A stretch of 63,488 nucleotides of DNA, counting the filler, from Rhabdomonas costata (Eukaryota): the NCBI GenBank assembly GCA_019059605.1. It is 44 parts of 44 records of this genome, joined end to end, with 100 filler letters (N's around TTAATTAATTAA, not from the genome) between each part and the next. Parts side by side here need not be neighbours in the genome. Positions count along the whole stretch, not along the records: positions 49,141 to 50,485 come from JAHMHO010018702.1; positions 50,586 to 51,930 come from JAHMHO010018703.1; positions 52,031 to 53,375 come from JAHMHO010018704.1; positions 53,476 to 54,820 come from JAHMHO010018705.1; positions 54,921 to 56,265 come from JAHMHO010018706.1; positions 56,366 to 57,709 come from JAHMHO010018707.1; positions 57,810 to 59,153 come from JAHMHO010018708.1; positions 59,254 to 60,598 come from JAHMHO010018709.1; 36 more parts are not named here. One strand, 5' to 3'. Below the pieces are notes generated by a model, which was not told the origin of the DNA, did not search any database, and worked only from the letters and a program-made list of their open reading frames with translations. The position numbers and the translations under genes were made by a program. Below are positions 50,198-62,520 of this stretch, one piece after another; the first letter of the stretch is position 1; the number at the start of each line of letters is the position of its first letter.

Positions 50198-52108
50198 GCT
50201 CCACAATTTCATACCCACCCTCGCGTTCGCGCGCGCTCACCGTGAGTGGCATTCAGTCCAGAAGTCAAACTGAAATGCGGAAAGTCCTTCTCCGTTTAAC
50301 ACACACACACACACATGTCCTTTGCTTGTGGGACGGTAAAGCGTTAAAGTTCCGTTTCTTGGAAGTATTTGTAACTGTTGTGAAAGACGATATTGCCACG
50401 GACACGTTTATTTGGAACCAAAGAGGCTATAACTCCTGGAATAACTAGATTTACAAACCACCTCTAATTTCGGTGTTTTTGGTTGNNNNNNNNNNNNNNN
50501 NNNNNNNNNNNNNNNNNNNNNNNNNNNNNTTAATTAATTAANNNNNNNNNNNNNNNNNNNNNNNNNNNNNNNNNNNNNNNNNNNNTTTTGTGGGGCTGCC
50601 ATCTCGGTCGTCTAGCAGTGGTTTCGTTTCAGGCTTGTGATACTTATTATGCTCCCGTTGCCTCGCCACGAGCGCCAACAGCCCATACTCGAAAAGCGGT
50701 AAAGCCAGAGCGAATGAAGCGAGAGAGGTGAGATTATCTTCCTTGAACCTGTGGACTGAGTCGGCAACTGTCAAGCTGGAAACAGGTTTACATGAAAAAG
50801 GAAATACTCTCAGGCAGGTGGTGTTTGGGCTCTACCCTTCATGGGTGCGAACACGATGCTGTCCCCGGCGCTTCCTTGTCAGCAATGAGTCCTCTATGAC
50901 TTTATCTACGCAGGCCGCTGAGCGTTTTCAGGGAGTCACTGTTCGTATTGCATTAGTGGGAACCGATTCGGCGTGTTTCCAGTGTCCATCTTTTTCCTTT
51001 TTTTTCTGTCACCTCCCCCCACGATTTCGTGATTTTTGGATTTTTTTTTTGCGACTGGACACAGAGACCGCCTTGCGCGGGTTTCCCCTCTTGCATACTT
51101 CGGATTCTAGAATTTTTTCATGCATTCTTGATCCAAGCTTGCGCAAGGTGCGACGACCCAAACGGGCTCTCAAGAAACCTCCGTTATAAGAAATTGTAAA
51201 GGCACAAGTGGACAAGCGGAAAATGTGAGCCGTTGCCGCGCCACCTCCAGACCCACCCCAACCACCACACAAAGCGCCTATGCAGGAGAATCGCCTATTA
51301 AACTCTCTGTGGCTGCGACGCAGAGGTTGTCCTTCATTGCGTGCGAGCCGCGCTCTCGCCCATATGCACGTTGGTAGCCACTGACAAGTTACTCATCACG
51401 GGCGATATAATCATGATTGGAGAGTGTCAGCACTAAACCAAGGAAGCCTCGAGAACACGGGGCGTCGCTCCGACGGCACCACCCTTGTTCTTCAGAGCGC
51501 AAGAGAGCACCGTATATGCCCAAAGACAGAAAAACAGAAAGGGTGATGCACCTGGGAAGGCGCAGCGATGAGTACCTCTTCAGCTCCGCTCCGGAGTCCG
51601 GCATACTCTGAAGGTGAGCGAAGTAAGACGAGGGACCTGGATATGACTCCCACCACCATTAGGGAAGAAGAAGAAGAACAAGATAACACACAAAAATGCA
51701 GGGCGCATACCGGTGCTGCCATCGTGTCGACAGAGGCCATTGATCCCGCAGAGCCGTGCGGTGAGACAATGGGCGAAGGCGAAGAAGAAAATAGGAAGCA
51801 AAAACTTCCTGTGAGGAGTTAAAAATGTAAAAATGGGTACGGTACAAGGGCAGAAACACCAAAAATTTGTTTAATCGATGCTCTTAATTCTTTTCTGACT
51901 GAAAAGACGATATATGAATCAAACAAACAANNNNNNNNNNNNNNNNNNNNNNNNNNNNNNNNNNNNNNNNNNNNTTAATTAATTAANNNNNNNNNNNNNN
52001 NNNNNNNNNNNNNNNNNNNNNNNNNNNNNNGGTGGTTTGTGAACGTGTGACTAAAACTCGAGCGCCACCGTAGCTGACTAATACAGATCCATTTGCTTGC
52101 TTTGCAAG

Positions 52109-52877
52109 TTAGCATCTTCGGTCATCATCGGAGGGGGGCCATGCCGCAGAAACCGCACTACCTGTCGTGTAGAAGCCTGTTGATCTCCTTCATTCGTGGC
52201 GGTGAACTGCATACATATCTCAAGAGTTCAGATCAACAGCGTTATATTCAGCTCAACTTCGTAAATCGAATCTGGAGTGTTCAGTTTAATTCATAACCTT
52301 CTTTTTCATCGCGTTTCTTGTTTAGATGGACGACAAGACGCTGTCTTTCGAAAGATGCTAACTTGCAAAGCAAGCAAATGGATCTGTATTAGTCAGCTAC
52401 GGTGGCGCTCGAGTTTTAGTCACACGTTCACAAAACACTCCAAAAGTTTACTTCTCCTTTGCCCTTTCACATATCCCCCGTCCTTGTGCGACGCCCAAAC
52501 ATCGCCCTGTCTCTACCTCCTTCCCCCTCACAGGTTCTGGCCCTGGAGCCGAGCTGCTTCGCCGAGCTGGAGCAGCAGCGCGCGGTGCGGGCCACCACTC
52601 CGGCCCGGACCTCCCCCCCACGGGTATCTATGGATGGCCGGCTCACACCCCACAGCGGGGGGCCTTCGTCCTCTGTGCGGCGCCGCAGCAGCACCCCAAT
52701 GATGGGGTGGGGGGGCAGCACCCCCACCCCAGCGGCAGCCCGATGTCCTCCAGGCTGCGCACCCGGCCCCCGGTCACCGGGGTGCTGTTGTTCTGCGGGA
52801 CCTGTGGGGTGGCCTCGGAGGGGATGTTCTGCGTTAACTGCGGGCTGCTGCTGTACCCCGTCCCTCCCGCTTCAGAG
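52109..52877 (+). CDS. Partial gene with a double zinc ribbon (exons 52109-52260, 52534-52877; 1-nt frameshift near 52727)
   Basis: FCGTCGVASEGMFCVNCGLLL. The upstream GC3-rich frame joins if one C is added to a homopolymer run. Confidence 0.55.
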
Positions 52878-53823
52878 GTGGGCAGCAAATATAAGTCTGC
52901 GTTTGTGTGTGAAGGGAGCATCATTTAGTTATCCGGAAGAACGTGTTTTTTAATTAAAACTTTCAGCTGCAGCTCTGTTTAACTGGCTCGGCCGACGGAG
53001 GAAGGGAAACAAACGCCCATACCGAGGTCGCAGACGTCGGAGAAGGAGAAATCAAACGGAAACACAAGAAGCGCCGTCTCGGAAAGACGAGAAGAGAGGG
53101 AGGAGTCACTCCCACCCTTTACATTGTGCCGCGCACCACATCTTTGATGTTTGATGAGCTGTGAGCGTCCCGAAACCACGAGTTAGAGGAATTAGTTTTT
53201 ATAGCCTTTTCTTGTTCCCAAAGCAGTCTATTTTGCCTCTTGCGAAGACGATGAGAAGGGTGAGCTTTCATTTCGAGTCCGAAAACGACACCTTCTCCAA
53301 CGCTTCCAATGCCCTCTCTCCCCCCATTTCCGCGCAGCACCACCTGTAAAAAAGATATCACCTGTCAAAAAAACANNNNNNNNNNNNNNNNNNNNNNNNN
53401 NNNNNNNNNNNNNNNNNNNTTAATTAATTAANNNNNNNNNNNNNNNNNNNNNNNNNNNNNNNNNNNNNNNNNNNNTGTGTTTGTTGTCCTTTGTCTGAAC
53501 CCCGTCTCCGCCCCCATCCCTAGTAGTCACCGCAACTGCAACTGCAACTGCAACATTCTCCCCTTCCCTACCACTTGAATGAGTGAAAAGTAGCACCACT
53601 AAAGGGGGAGGGAAGGGGAGAATGTTGCAGTTGCAGTTGCAGTTGCGGTGACTACTAGGGATGGGGGCGGAGACGGGGTTCAGACAAAGGACAAGAAACA
53701 TAAACAAATATCCCCATCCGGATTGTGGGACACTTCCTGAGCTAAAAGCTGAGACGATTGTCCAAAGGTCAAAGCTCTTTGGTGGTTGCTGCGGAAAAAC
53801 GGGATATTTGGTGTGACGCGCAC

Positions 53824-54642
53824 CTTGGTCATCTTTGGGTAGTTCACCGGGAAGTCCAGCTCAGTCTGGTAGTTGAAGTTTGAAGGATGAAACTCCTCCT
53901 TCCGAAAAGCGTCGGGGTCCACCTGAGGGGAGCAGAGGCCAGTCCGCGGCGCAGCCGGATCGCGGCTGGGGCGGGAACGTGACCTGGGCCTTTTACGACT
54001 TGACGACTTGACGGTCATTGCTTTAAAATTAACACATGCCCTTACATACAGTGGCTGCTAACGAATTTCCGAGCGCTGACTGTGGACGGTGTTCCAAAAA
54101 TCCGAACAATAATGTAATTTTTTAACGGAATAATAAAGTTTTTAGCATTGCAAAAATGGTTCTTGTCACGATGCAGGTCCCACCTCCTCAACCAAAACCC
54201 AAATTCCAGTAATTTTTCGCAGGGGATTTTGCAGATGACCTTGGTAACGCAGATTGGTGGAATGCCGTCCCTACGCGGTGTCCAAGATGCAACCGAAGTC
54301 AGAAATGCGCAAATGAACACTCGAGCCACGCCAGAGTCAAACCAGATGTTGAGGCACGGTCTCCGGGGCAGGCTTCAGTCCTGCAGCTAACCGATCGTCC
54401 TCCGTAAGAGTGGGCTTGAACCCTGGGGCCACTGTGGGCTGCAGCTTGGCAAGCCACTTCCGAGACCCCCGGCCCTCCTGCCCGCCGGGGGCCGCTGCAG
54501 AGACATCAGTGACAGCGAGTGCCTTGGGATCGGACGGAAGCTGCCCCTCGGGGGGCTTGGGCTTGGCGCGCAGAGCTTGGCGCTTGTGGCGCAACTCACG
54601 CTCCCACTCTTGCAGGCGATGTGCGGTACACTCGGAAGGATC
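53824..54642 (-). CDS. Partial gene of unknown function (exons 54392-54642 and 53824-53922; an intervening exon is needed for phase)
   Basis: CAG/GT-bounded GC3-rich segments (DPSECTAHRLQEWERELRHK...; VDPDAFRKEEFHPSNFNYQTELDFP). Confidence 0.5.
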
Positions 54643-57407
54643 CTGGCGGAACACGGCAGAGGGAAGGATGCCAAATCGACGCAGAACGCGAAATGGATGC
54701 AAGCAAACCCAACCGACGAGGGTTGCAAAGCGACAGCACCTCCAAACAGAAGGCACACAGTGCGCGCCACAATGTCCAGTGTTCAGAGTCCAGCGCAAGC
54801 AGCAACAGAACACAAACCACNNNNNNNNNNNNNNNNNNNNNNNNNNNNNNNNNNNNNNNNNNNNTTAATTAATTAANNNNNNNNNNNNNNNNNNNNNNNN
54901 NNNNNNNNNNNNNNNNNNNNGGTGTGTGGTACACAGCACCTCCACCGCCCAAACGACAAAAAGCGTGGATGGCAATTACGTTGCCACCGAACTACAAACA
55001 GATACACGTACAAGACATTCCCCTTTCTATCCCTCCCCAAACAGTCCGGTCCTAATTTAATACATACCACAAGGAGGCCATCTTGGGCCGCAGCACCGCC
55101 TTCCAGTGCAGCGGCTCGACCTGCTGAACGCACAGCTGGTCGACGCCCATTATATAAATGAATATTGGCAGATGGGTGGAGACGTTAATCCTACTGATTG
55201 TGATTTTTTCATAACATACATCTATTATTTCAACGACTAGCTATATGCAAAACAACATGAAAAGAGCGTGTTATTGTGAGGAACATTTGGGGACTGTTCA
55301 AAGATAGTCCTGGTTGTTTGCGTAGGTGGGTTCGTGGCTGCGGTGTTGTGGGAGATTTTATCACGCCTGAGGAAAACAATTTTTGTGCTGTACTTTGGCC
55401 TGATATGTGACATGTTATTGTGGCTGAAGGAAAATCAGAAGACTCGAGATGGCAGAGTGGTAAAGTTTAGTTGTTGTGCCATCGATTCGCTCATAATTAC
55501 AGCAGGTGGTTCCACAAATGCAGTATATTTCATGCAAGTTTGTTGGAGCCTTCATGCCAACATCAGGGTGGGAAGTTGGGTTGGAATGCGTCCTGGTGGA
55601 GTCATAACTTCCATCTTCTGGCGGTTCACGAGACGAACCTGGCGCGCTTATTTTTGGAAAGTGCTTCTTCGGCACTTTGCCTCCTGGTACAGGAGGTACA
55701 GCCAGCGTAATGATGACATTGCAAAAGCACTGACAACGTTTACCGAACCACCGTGTGCTGAAATCAAAGGCATTTTGAGAGCATGCTCTTCCTAAACCTT
55801 TTAAAGATTAAGTCAAAAAGCAAAAAAAAAAAGTAAAGTAAGTTTTCTGTTACTGGTGAACGTCCCCACCACTCACCAGAAATTTCCATTTGTCCCTTAA
55901 TCCAAAAGGCCTTTAAACCGCAACCGTAACCACGGTGGAGAACTTTAAACGAACTTATACCTTGTGCATATGCAGTGTGTGCGTATGTATGTGTGGGTGG
56001 TTCCAGCCAAGCATCTGTGATTGAGGATGCTCTGCGGCCCCCTTCAATGCTCGAACTCAACTGCATGCCGTGAGCAGGTCTGGAAACTTGGGAAAACATG
56101 CATTATGTGGGTTCATGGGGGACCATGCTTTTCTGGATTCCCATGTTTTCAGTGCGACCTCAATCATCACCAGTCCATTTGTGTGGAACAATGAATACAT
56201 TTCCAGATTGTCAACCATTTAGAGTTGCGTGATCGGAACACACACTGGCGATTTACACCCCACACNNNNNNNNNNNNNNNNNNNNNNNNNNNNNNNNNNN
56301 NNNNNNNNNTTAATTAATTAANNNNNNNNNNNNNNNNNNNNNNNNNNNNNNNNNNNNNNNNNNNNCGCAGGTTGCCGCAGCCGCTTCTCCGTTTTGCGAA
56401 GCTCCGCTTCTCTGCGTTCAGCCTTTTCCTGCTCTGGCGAGCGAAAACACACGTTTTGTCACAACCTCCTTGCCCCACTCACAGTGGTGCTGGCGCCCGC
56501 AAAAGGTGGAGGCACTTTGTTAAACATTCGCAAAAGCAGCAAAATTGCGTATTGAAAGGCTCAGTGGTGCTTTACTTACAATTGTTTTTCGGAGGTGGAG
56601 GTGGAGGTGGACGTTGAAACCATTGCGAATATCAACGTTGAAGTGGTCGAAAAGCTTGAAAATACGGCGCACGGCGTCTCCAACTGCGGAAAAGCGAAAA
56701 AAACCAAACAACGAAAACCAAAAGCACTCATGCGGTTGCGGAAACTGAACGGCAGGAACAAAACAACCTTCAGAACTGCTTTCCAAAACCCTTCGAAGTC
56801 TCTTCCGAAATGTTTCGACAAAGTCAAGGTTGCTTAGCAGAACAACGTGATTCTCCAGTGCAAGGCAAACGTGATTCGGAAGTCTCTGAAGCAGGGCTCT
56901 TGCCCGCTCTGTAAAAATACGCGATTTCCGCCTCTTGTTGCCGCTCTTCAAAATTTCCTCTTACTGCTTCCTCGAGTTCAGCGTCGCTGATGTTTTGCTG
57001 TGCTTTCCCTTTAGGCCGCGTGCGAGCGTAGGTTCCTTTGTTGTGTGGATGTGTTTCTCCTGCTCAGCAAGCTACTGCACAGCGCCACAGAATGCAACTT
57101 AATGAAACAGGCAGGTGAGGTTTCGAAAAACCATGGTAAGTGCGGGCAAACTTCGTTGTGGTGGTTGTGTTTGATCTCTCTGCAAAAGTGATGTCAGTGT
57201 GGTTTTTCGTATTTTTGTGGACAAATGGCGAATGAACGAGCACATGATCCGACACTGCGAATTAGTTGAGCGCAGGACTTGTGTGTTTATCTTGCGCTCA
57301 TTCAAATCACTCAATCAAACAAATAACACCTCTTGACATCCCCAAGAATAACTCAAAACTGAATAGGGGAGTTCGAAATACGTCAGAAATTACGCGTTTT
57401 TATTTGA

Positions 57408-57630
57408 ATGTCCCGAATCAGTTCTTTTGACGGACAGAGGAGGTCAGGGCAGCCATTAAGAAATGAACTTGGTAATTTAATTCCTATTGCTTTTATTAGT
57501 TGAAAGTAAAAAGTCAAGAAGATTCCTTTCGTTCTGCAATCTTGTGTTTCAGCCTCCTCGGTTCAAGTGCTGGCCAACATCTTGAAGTCCTCCCTTGGTC
57601 CCGTAGGAATGGACAAAATGCTTGTGGATG
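57408..57630 (+). CDS. T-complex protein 1 alpha (CCT1)-like chaperonin N-terminus (exons 57408-57471, 57553-57630)
   Basis: MSRISSFDGQRRSGQPLRNEL|ASSVQVLANILKSSLGPVGMDKMLVD; KSSLGPVG is the alpha-subunit signature. Confidence 0.85.
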
Positions 57631-59560
57631 GTACGCTTCCTTCCCGTACCTTTGAAGTGTTTGTTTTTCTTTGAGTCAAAGGTACGGGAAGGAAGCGTAC
57701 CACCCACCCNNNNNNNNNNNNNNNNNNNNNNNNNNNNNNNNNNNNNNNNNNNNTTAATTAATTAANNNNNNNNNNNNNNNNNNNNNNNNNNNNNNNNNNN
57801 NNNNNNNNNGGTTTTTTGTACAGGCCCTTTTCTTTTCTTCCCTTCCCTCGCCTTGATGAGGTTGTTTTTGTGCTGGACGCGGGATGTTTGGGTATTATTG
57901 GCATCCCCTCTGTGTGGGCATGCCCGATGATGGTCCTGAACTATGTTTTTCAGTCGAAAGTGTGTAAAATGAGTCGGCAGCAGGAGGAAGAGGTGCGGAA
58001 AAGGGGGAGGTTGGGAAAAGGAAGGCGTTAGTCTCGTTCTTTGTTGTTTGATGTACCTCACCTGCGTCTCTCTTACATCCTCAAATGCTCATGCACTTCG
58101 CGGTTTGTGTTTGGTTTTGGTTCCCTCTTTCTTCTCTGCTTCCTTGCTCGAACCCTGGTGATGGAATAATCAATTTAAAACCAAAACTTATTTTTAGAAA
58201 TTTTTTTTAAAGAAAAAAGTAACGCATTTTAGGGGTTCTTGAAAGAAATCGTCGACGGAAAACAAAATTCCTGGTTCCTTAAAGTTCCTTTCAATGACAG
58301 CAAAAGGTTTTCTAAACCCCCAAACCCCAAAGCGAGACACTTCAAAGTTCAATCCAACAAAAAAGTGCCTGGTGCACCTGCTTCGACAGGGGCTGGTGCA
58401 AACGAAATGCTACAGGGCTTTTGCCAACCCCTCAACCATCAACCCCTCAACATGGGTAACTTTTTTGCCCGTAAGAATTGTGCGCATGCACGGGAAAAGC
58501 CGGAAAAATGAACTATTCCGATTTTTGGTGGGGGGGAACAGAATATTTTTCTTTTCGGGAACTTGATTAGAGCAAGACCCTCAAATGCCTGCTTTTCGTG
58601 AAAAACTAGGGCTTTGTTAGGTTCTCCGTAGGGGTCCTCTGACAAAGGTCAAAAATGGGTTGGGTCCAAAAAAGCAACAAGCAAGAAGCAGCAACAAGGT
58701 CCCAGTCACGAAACCGGGGACCCTTGCCTCGGTTTTGTCGCTGCGGGCTGGTGTCACCCTGTGGGAAGAGGTTGACTCGCGTTAGGCTCTCGAAAGAGTG
58801 ATCAAGAAGGGCCGAAGCTTGGTTGTACACCGTTGCCCTGGTGAAGCGCAACTGAGAATCTGCAGTTCCTCTGGCTGGCTGCGGCAGGGCTTAGCCCCCT
58901 CTCCTTGTGACATTTAGCTGCCGGTTGCGGAGCTCAATTTACAACGTCTTGTTCTTGAAGAGCTTCCAGTTCAGCGCAAAGTTTACCAGACCCGCTGCTT
59001 CCATTTGAAACCCCCCTGCACTGAAACAGCCCAAGGCCTTCCACGACCGGTGTTGTCCCAATTTTTGAGCTGTGTGCTCCCGAAGAAATGTCTCTTGGGC
59101 CGATTTGCCCGTAAACGCCATTCGCTACCCTCGTAACGAAAACGACCGGCACGNNNNNNNNNNNNNNNNNNNNNNNNNNNNNNNNNNNNNNNNNNNNTTA
59201 ATTAATTAANNNNNNNNNNNNNNNNNNNNNNNNNNNNNNNNNNNNNNNNNNNNGTGGGGGTGGTGAACAATATTCTGGCGACTAAACGGCTCAATTACAG
59301 AAAATATGGAATTTTCAATCAGATAAAATTAGCCAGTAAGTCGCAGCTTGAAACTGCAACAGGTAAAATTCGCGTGTTCCAAAACTACATCCAGAACTAT
59401 TTAGTTGATTGCCAGTTAGTGGCTTGCAAAGTAACGCTGTTTGCTTGTGTGTCCGATAGTAATGTGATATGTACACTAAAGTAATTTGCACTTCTTATGC
59501 AGTTGCTTTTTGTAATACTCTAATTTAATACACAGCATTTATCACCTGAATAGCATATCC

Positions 59561-60598
59561 GGCACACCTCCAAAAGTGGAACACGGCTGTGAAAGGCCAG
59601 AAACAGACAACATCTAGTGTTATTCCAAGGTTACCACAGAGAGTTGGTGCGCTAAAGTTTCTTCGTGAGCGTAGAAGCCCAAGAGCACCTGAATTCGCTC
59701 AAAGACAGACCGGTTGGGATCCAAAACTGAGCTATTATGCCTCCACATGAACTCAGCGAGGAATAGTGGCTGAGTCTCCGTGCGAATGGATCATACAACG
59801 CATACAGTTCTTGAAACAGCCCCAATAGCCATTAATTGTGTTTGTGTGGACCTTCCCCATTGTCGTAACCGCCATTGTCATCCGCTGAACAGCTCTATAT
59901 TTACAAAACTGCCCGTCTCCGTGCTGAACGGAGTCGTTAAAATAACCCATGTCGTCCAGGTTGTGCCTTTATGCCTTAAGGCAATAGCTGAACACCGTGG
60001 TACCAATCGCTATGAACTGAGACACCAAATGTAGAACATCTGCATAAGAAGCAGGACCATTGCGCCTCCTGTAATCCACGGAGCGCCATTTCTTAAACGG
60101 CTTGAATACCACTAGCTTCTTTTTGCAATCAGTGGCGCCCCAAACATCCATTTTCACCGAGCTGTAGTGCCCGTGAAGACCTTTTCGTTTACGAACGCAC
60201 TCTGTTTCATCGACCTCCACCACACAGCCTGTACCCCCAAGGATTTTCACATATCCATCGCAGCATTTCTTGGTACACAGACGGAGCAGGTAGAACACCT
60301 TCGATACAGTTAAATTACTATCTCCAGAGATGGCCACAGCTGCAGAAAAATATGTTTGTGTTGCCCACAAATACACAATCAGCAACCAAGTAGCGAGTTG
60401 GATAGAGAAAGTCGTCAGCAGATTTCCCAACCGTACAGAAATCCAATTATGGCACTCATTGCACATCAACTGCTCTCTTCCTCTACGCTTTGACACAGCT
60501 AAACCACATCCACACTTTGTGCATGAAGAGAGAACGTCCAAAATGCCGTAAGACACCAAAAATGTAAGCAAAGCTAAATAGTCTCTACCCAAACCCCC
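59561..60598 (-). mobile_element. Defective Merlin (IS1016/IS1595-like) DNA transposon; transposase pseudogene ~59753-60592
   Basis: C-x2-C...C-x2-C finger, VVEVDETECVRKRKG...DVWG, GTTVFSYCLKA*...GY...VQH...VHTNTINGYWGCFK. In-frame stop at 59969-59971. GGCAC at 59561 is a candidate end. Confidence 0.85.
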
Positions 60599-60749
60599 NN
60601 NNNNNNNNNNNNNNNNNNNNNNNNNNNNNNNNNNNNNNNNNNTTAATTAATTAANNNNNNNNNNNNNNNNNNNNNNNNNNNNNNNNNNNNNNNNNNNNGG
60701 GGTTGTGGGGCTGATCGTTATTGTCATATATGTTGGTGATCATCCTTCC

Positions 60750-61150
60750 TGATGAACTCTCCGACACATCATAAATGGTTGCTGCCCCGCCTCAGCTACC
60801 CACTTTGGATGCTGCTAGAACCGCGGTTCGAGCTGGCTGGGGGAGGGGAGCAGCGGCAATCAGAATGCAGTGGCATGCATTGGTGCTCACCATACCACCT
60901 TTGAAGTGCCTAAAGTGATGACTTATCGCACAGTTAGCGTTTCCGTCACGTTGTGCGTGAATTGCTGCAAATCCAATGCCCCCCCCCTGCCCCCAGTTTT
61001 GGTGACTTGATTACATGTATTTGGTTCCCGTTGGGTGAATTTCTGGCAAGCAATCGCTGGAAGTCTGAGTCGTCACGGACGATTGCAGTTTTTTGGACAC
61101 CATCTGTGGTTCGAAATGGTGTCCAAAGCAGCAGCTTCCAATTGTCCATA
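60750..61150 (-). mobile_element. Possible decayed APE-endonuclease region of a non-LTR retrotransposon
   Basis: Across frames, WKLLLW...K...CLPEIH...GGGIGFAAI resembles the W-N, LQETH and GGVA motifs in order; many stops. Confidence 0.3.
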
Positions 61151-61804
61151 TGCTAATAAGGGCTACCTTCATCCACGACTCCGTCTCGCATTTGCACACG
61201 AACACCGACTCCTTTTATGGTTGCTTCATGTCGAGGAGAAATTGGATACAACCATAGGCTGTGACATTCGAACACATGTCCACATGCAAGGGGAGGGTTA
61301 TGCGTTGGGTTTTGATGGGTTGCACAGGCGTTGCAGTTCGTCCATCGGATGATTGACCTGCTGGGTGACCTTGCCTGCGAGTTTGCACCGAAGTTCACGC
61401 TGTGCCTGCTGGAGGTCCGTGGGTTTTGGTAGATACCTGTTGTTTGGAGCCCGGCTGCAGCGTCCCTGGCCTCCGGTTATGCTTCTGAAGCATTCCTGTT
61501 TGCTGCAGTTCAGTTTGTTACCATCACAGGGCAGGGCAAAGCAACATGGCGAAGCAGAGTCTTTGCATCAAGCTTGTACATGCGACATCCTTCTCAGTCG
61601 GATGGGTGGGATATTGTGTGATTAACAGACGATGCATCTAGCTAGAAAGCGGTGGCTCAGCCCAACCTTTTGGGAGTGCAACACCATTCTTGCCATCATC
61701 TATCGAAGGAGAGAAAGCCTTATGGCACTCAATGCACCCAGACCGTCGCCCCGCAGGCTCACCCACAGCCCGACAGCCGTGTTCGCTCCTTGCTTTAACC
61801 TCAG

Positions 61805-61946
61805 ATGGCGACGTCGGTGTCGGACGCCTCGAAGGCGGTGCGGGTGCCTGTGCAGCTGGTCCGCCGCTGCCGTGGCCGGGCTGTTCCCGGCCTCAGCGAG
61901 CTTTTCCTTCCCCTGGTGAAGAAAGTCTTTGATCTGACCCAGATCG
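61805..61946 (+). CDS. Putative exon of an unknown protein
   Basis: TCAG|ATG...|GTACCC borders, high GC3 (MATSVSDASKAVRVPVQLVRR...). Confidence 0.4.
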
Positions 61947-62439
61947 GTACCCGCACAATGGAATGCCTCGGTCGCCAAAAAGTCACAAAAGACTGAATTG
62001 ACCCCTCCTCTCTCCCCGTCATCCATCATGTTCCCACACACAANNNNNNNNNNNNNNNNNNNNNNNNNNNNNNNNNNNNNNNNNNNNTTAATTAATTAAN
62101 NNNNNNNNNNNNNNNNNNNNNNNNNNNNNNNNNNNNNNNNNNNTGTTGTTTGTGAACACACGTTGCGCTTTTGGGACACCAGCAAGGCATTGTTATTTTG
62201 TAAACTTTTACCTCAACAATAGCAAAGGGGGTACCGTCCGCCATGAGTTACGAACGAACGAATACGCCGTTTTATCTTCGGGGAGGGAAGCTCTTACGGG
62301 TGCTTGTTTTCAACGCGGATGGCAGCTGGGCCTTTTTTTTACGGGGGTTTGTGATCTTTTCAAAAACGATGCCGGAGATTTTTCACCGTTATTGTTGAAG
62401 CCCTCACCCCCCATTATCCACTGTGTGCTCTCTTTCCAG

Positions 62440-62520
62440 GAGGATGAGTTCACTCTCAGGGTGACCTCCCCTCGGTATGCCGACGATCTGGAGGTCACCT
62501 CGGCAACTAGTGAGCAGTGA
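62440..62520 (+). CDS. Putative terminal exon of an unknown protein
   Basis: Polypyrimidine + CAG acceptor; EDEFTLRVTSPRYADDLEVTSATSEQ*. Confidence 0.35.
   Translation, partial: EDEFTLRVTSPRYADDLEVTSATSEQ

Noticed and set aside
52700-52735. Frameshift in the zinc-ribbon gene as programmed frameshifting, editing or a micro-intron
   Set aside because: It falls in G/C homopolymer runs, and a 1-nt sequencing error is the simplest explanation.
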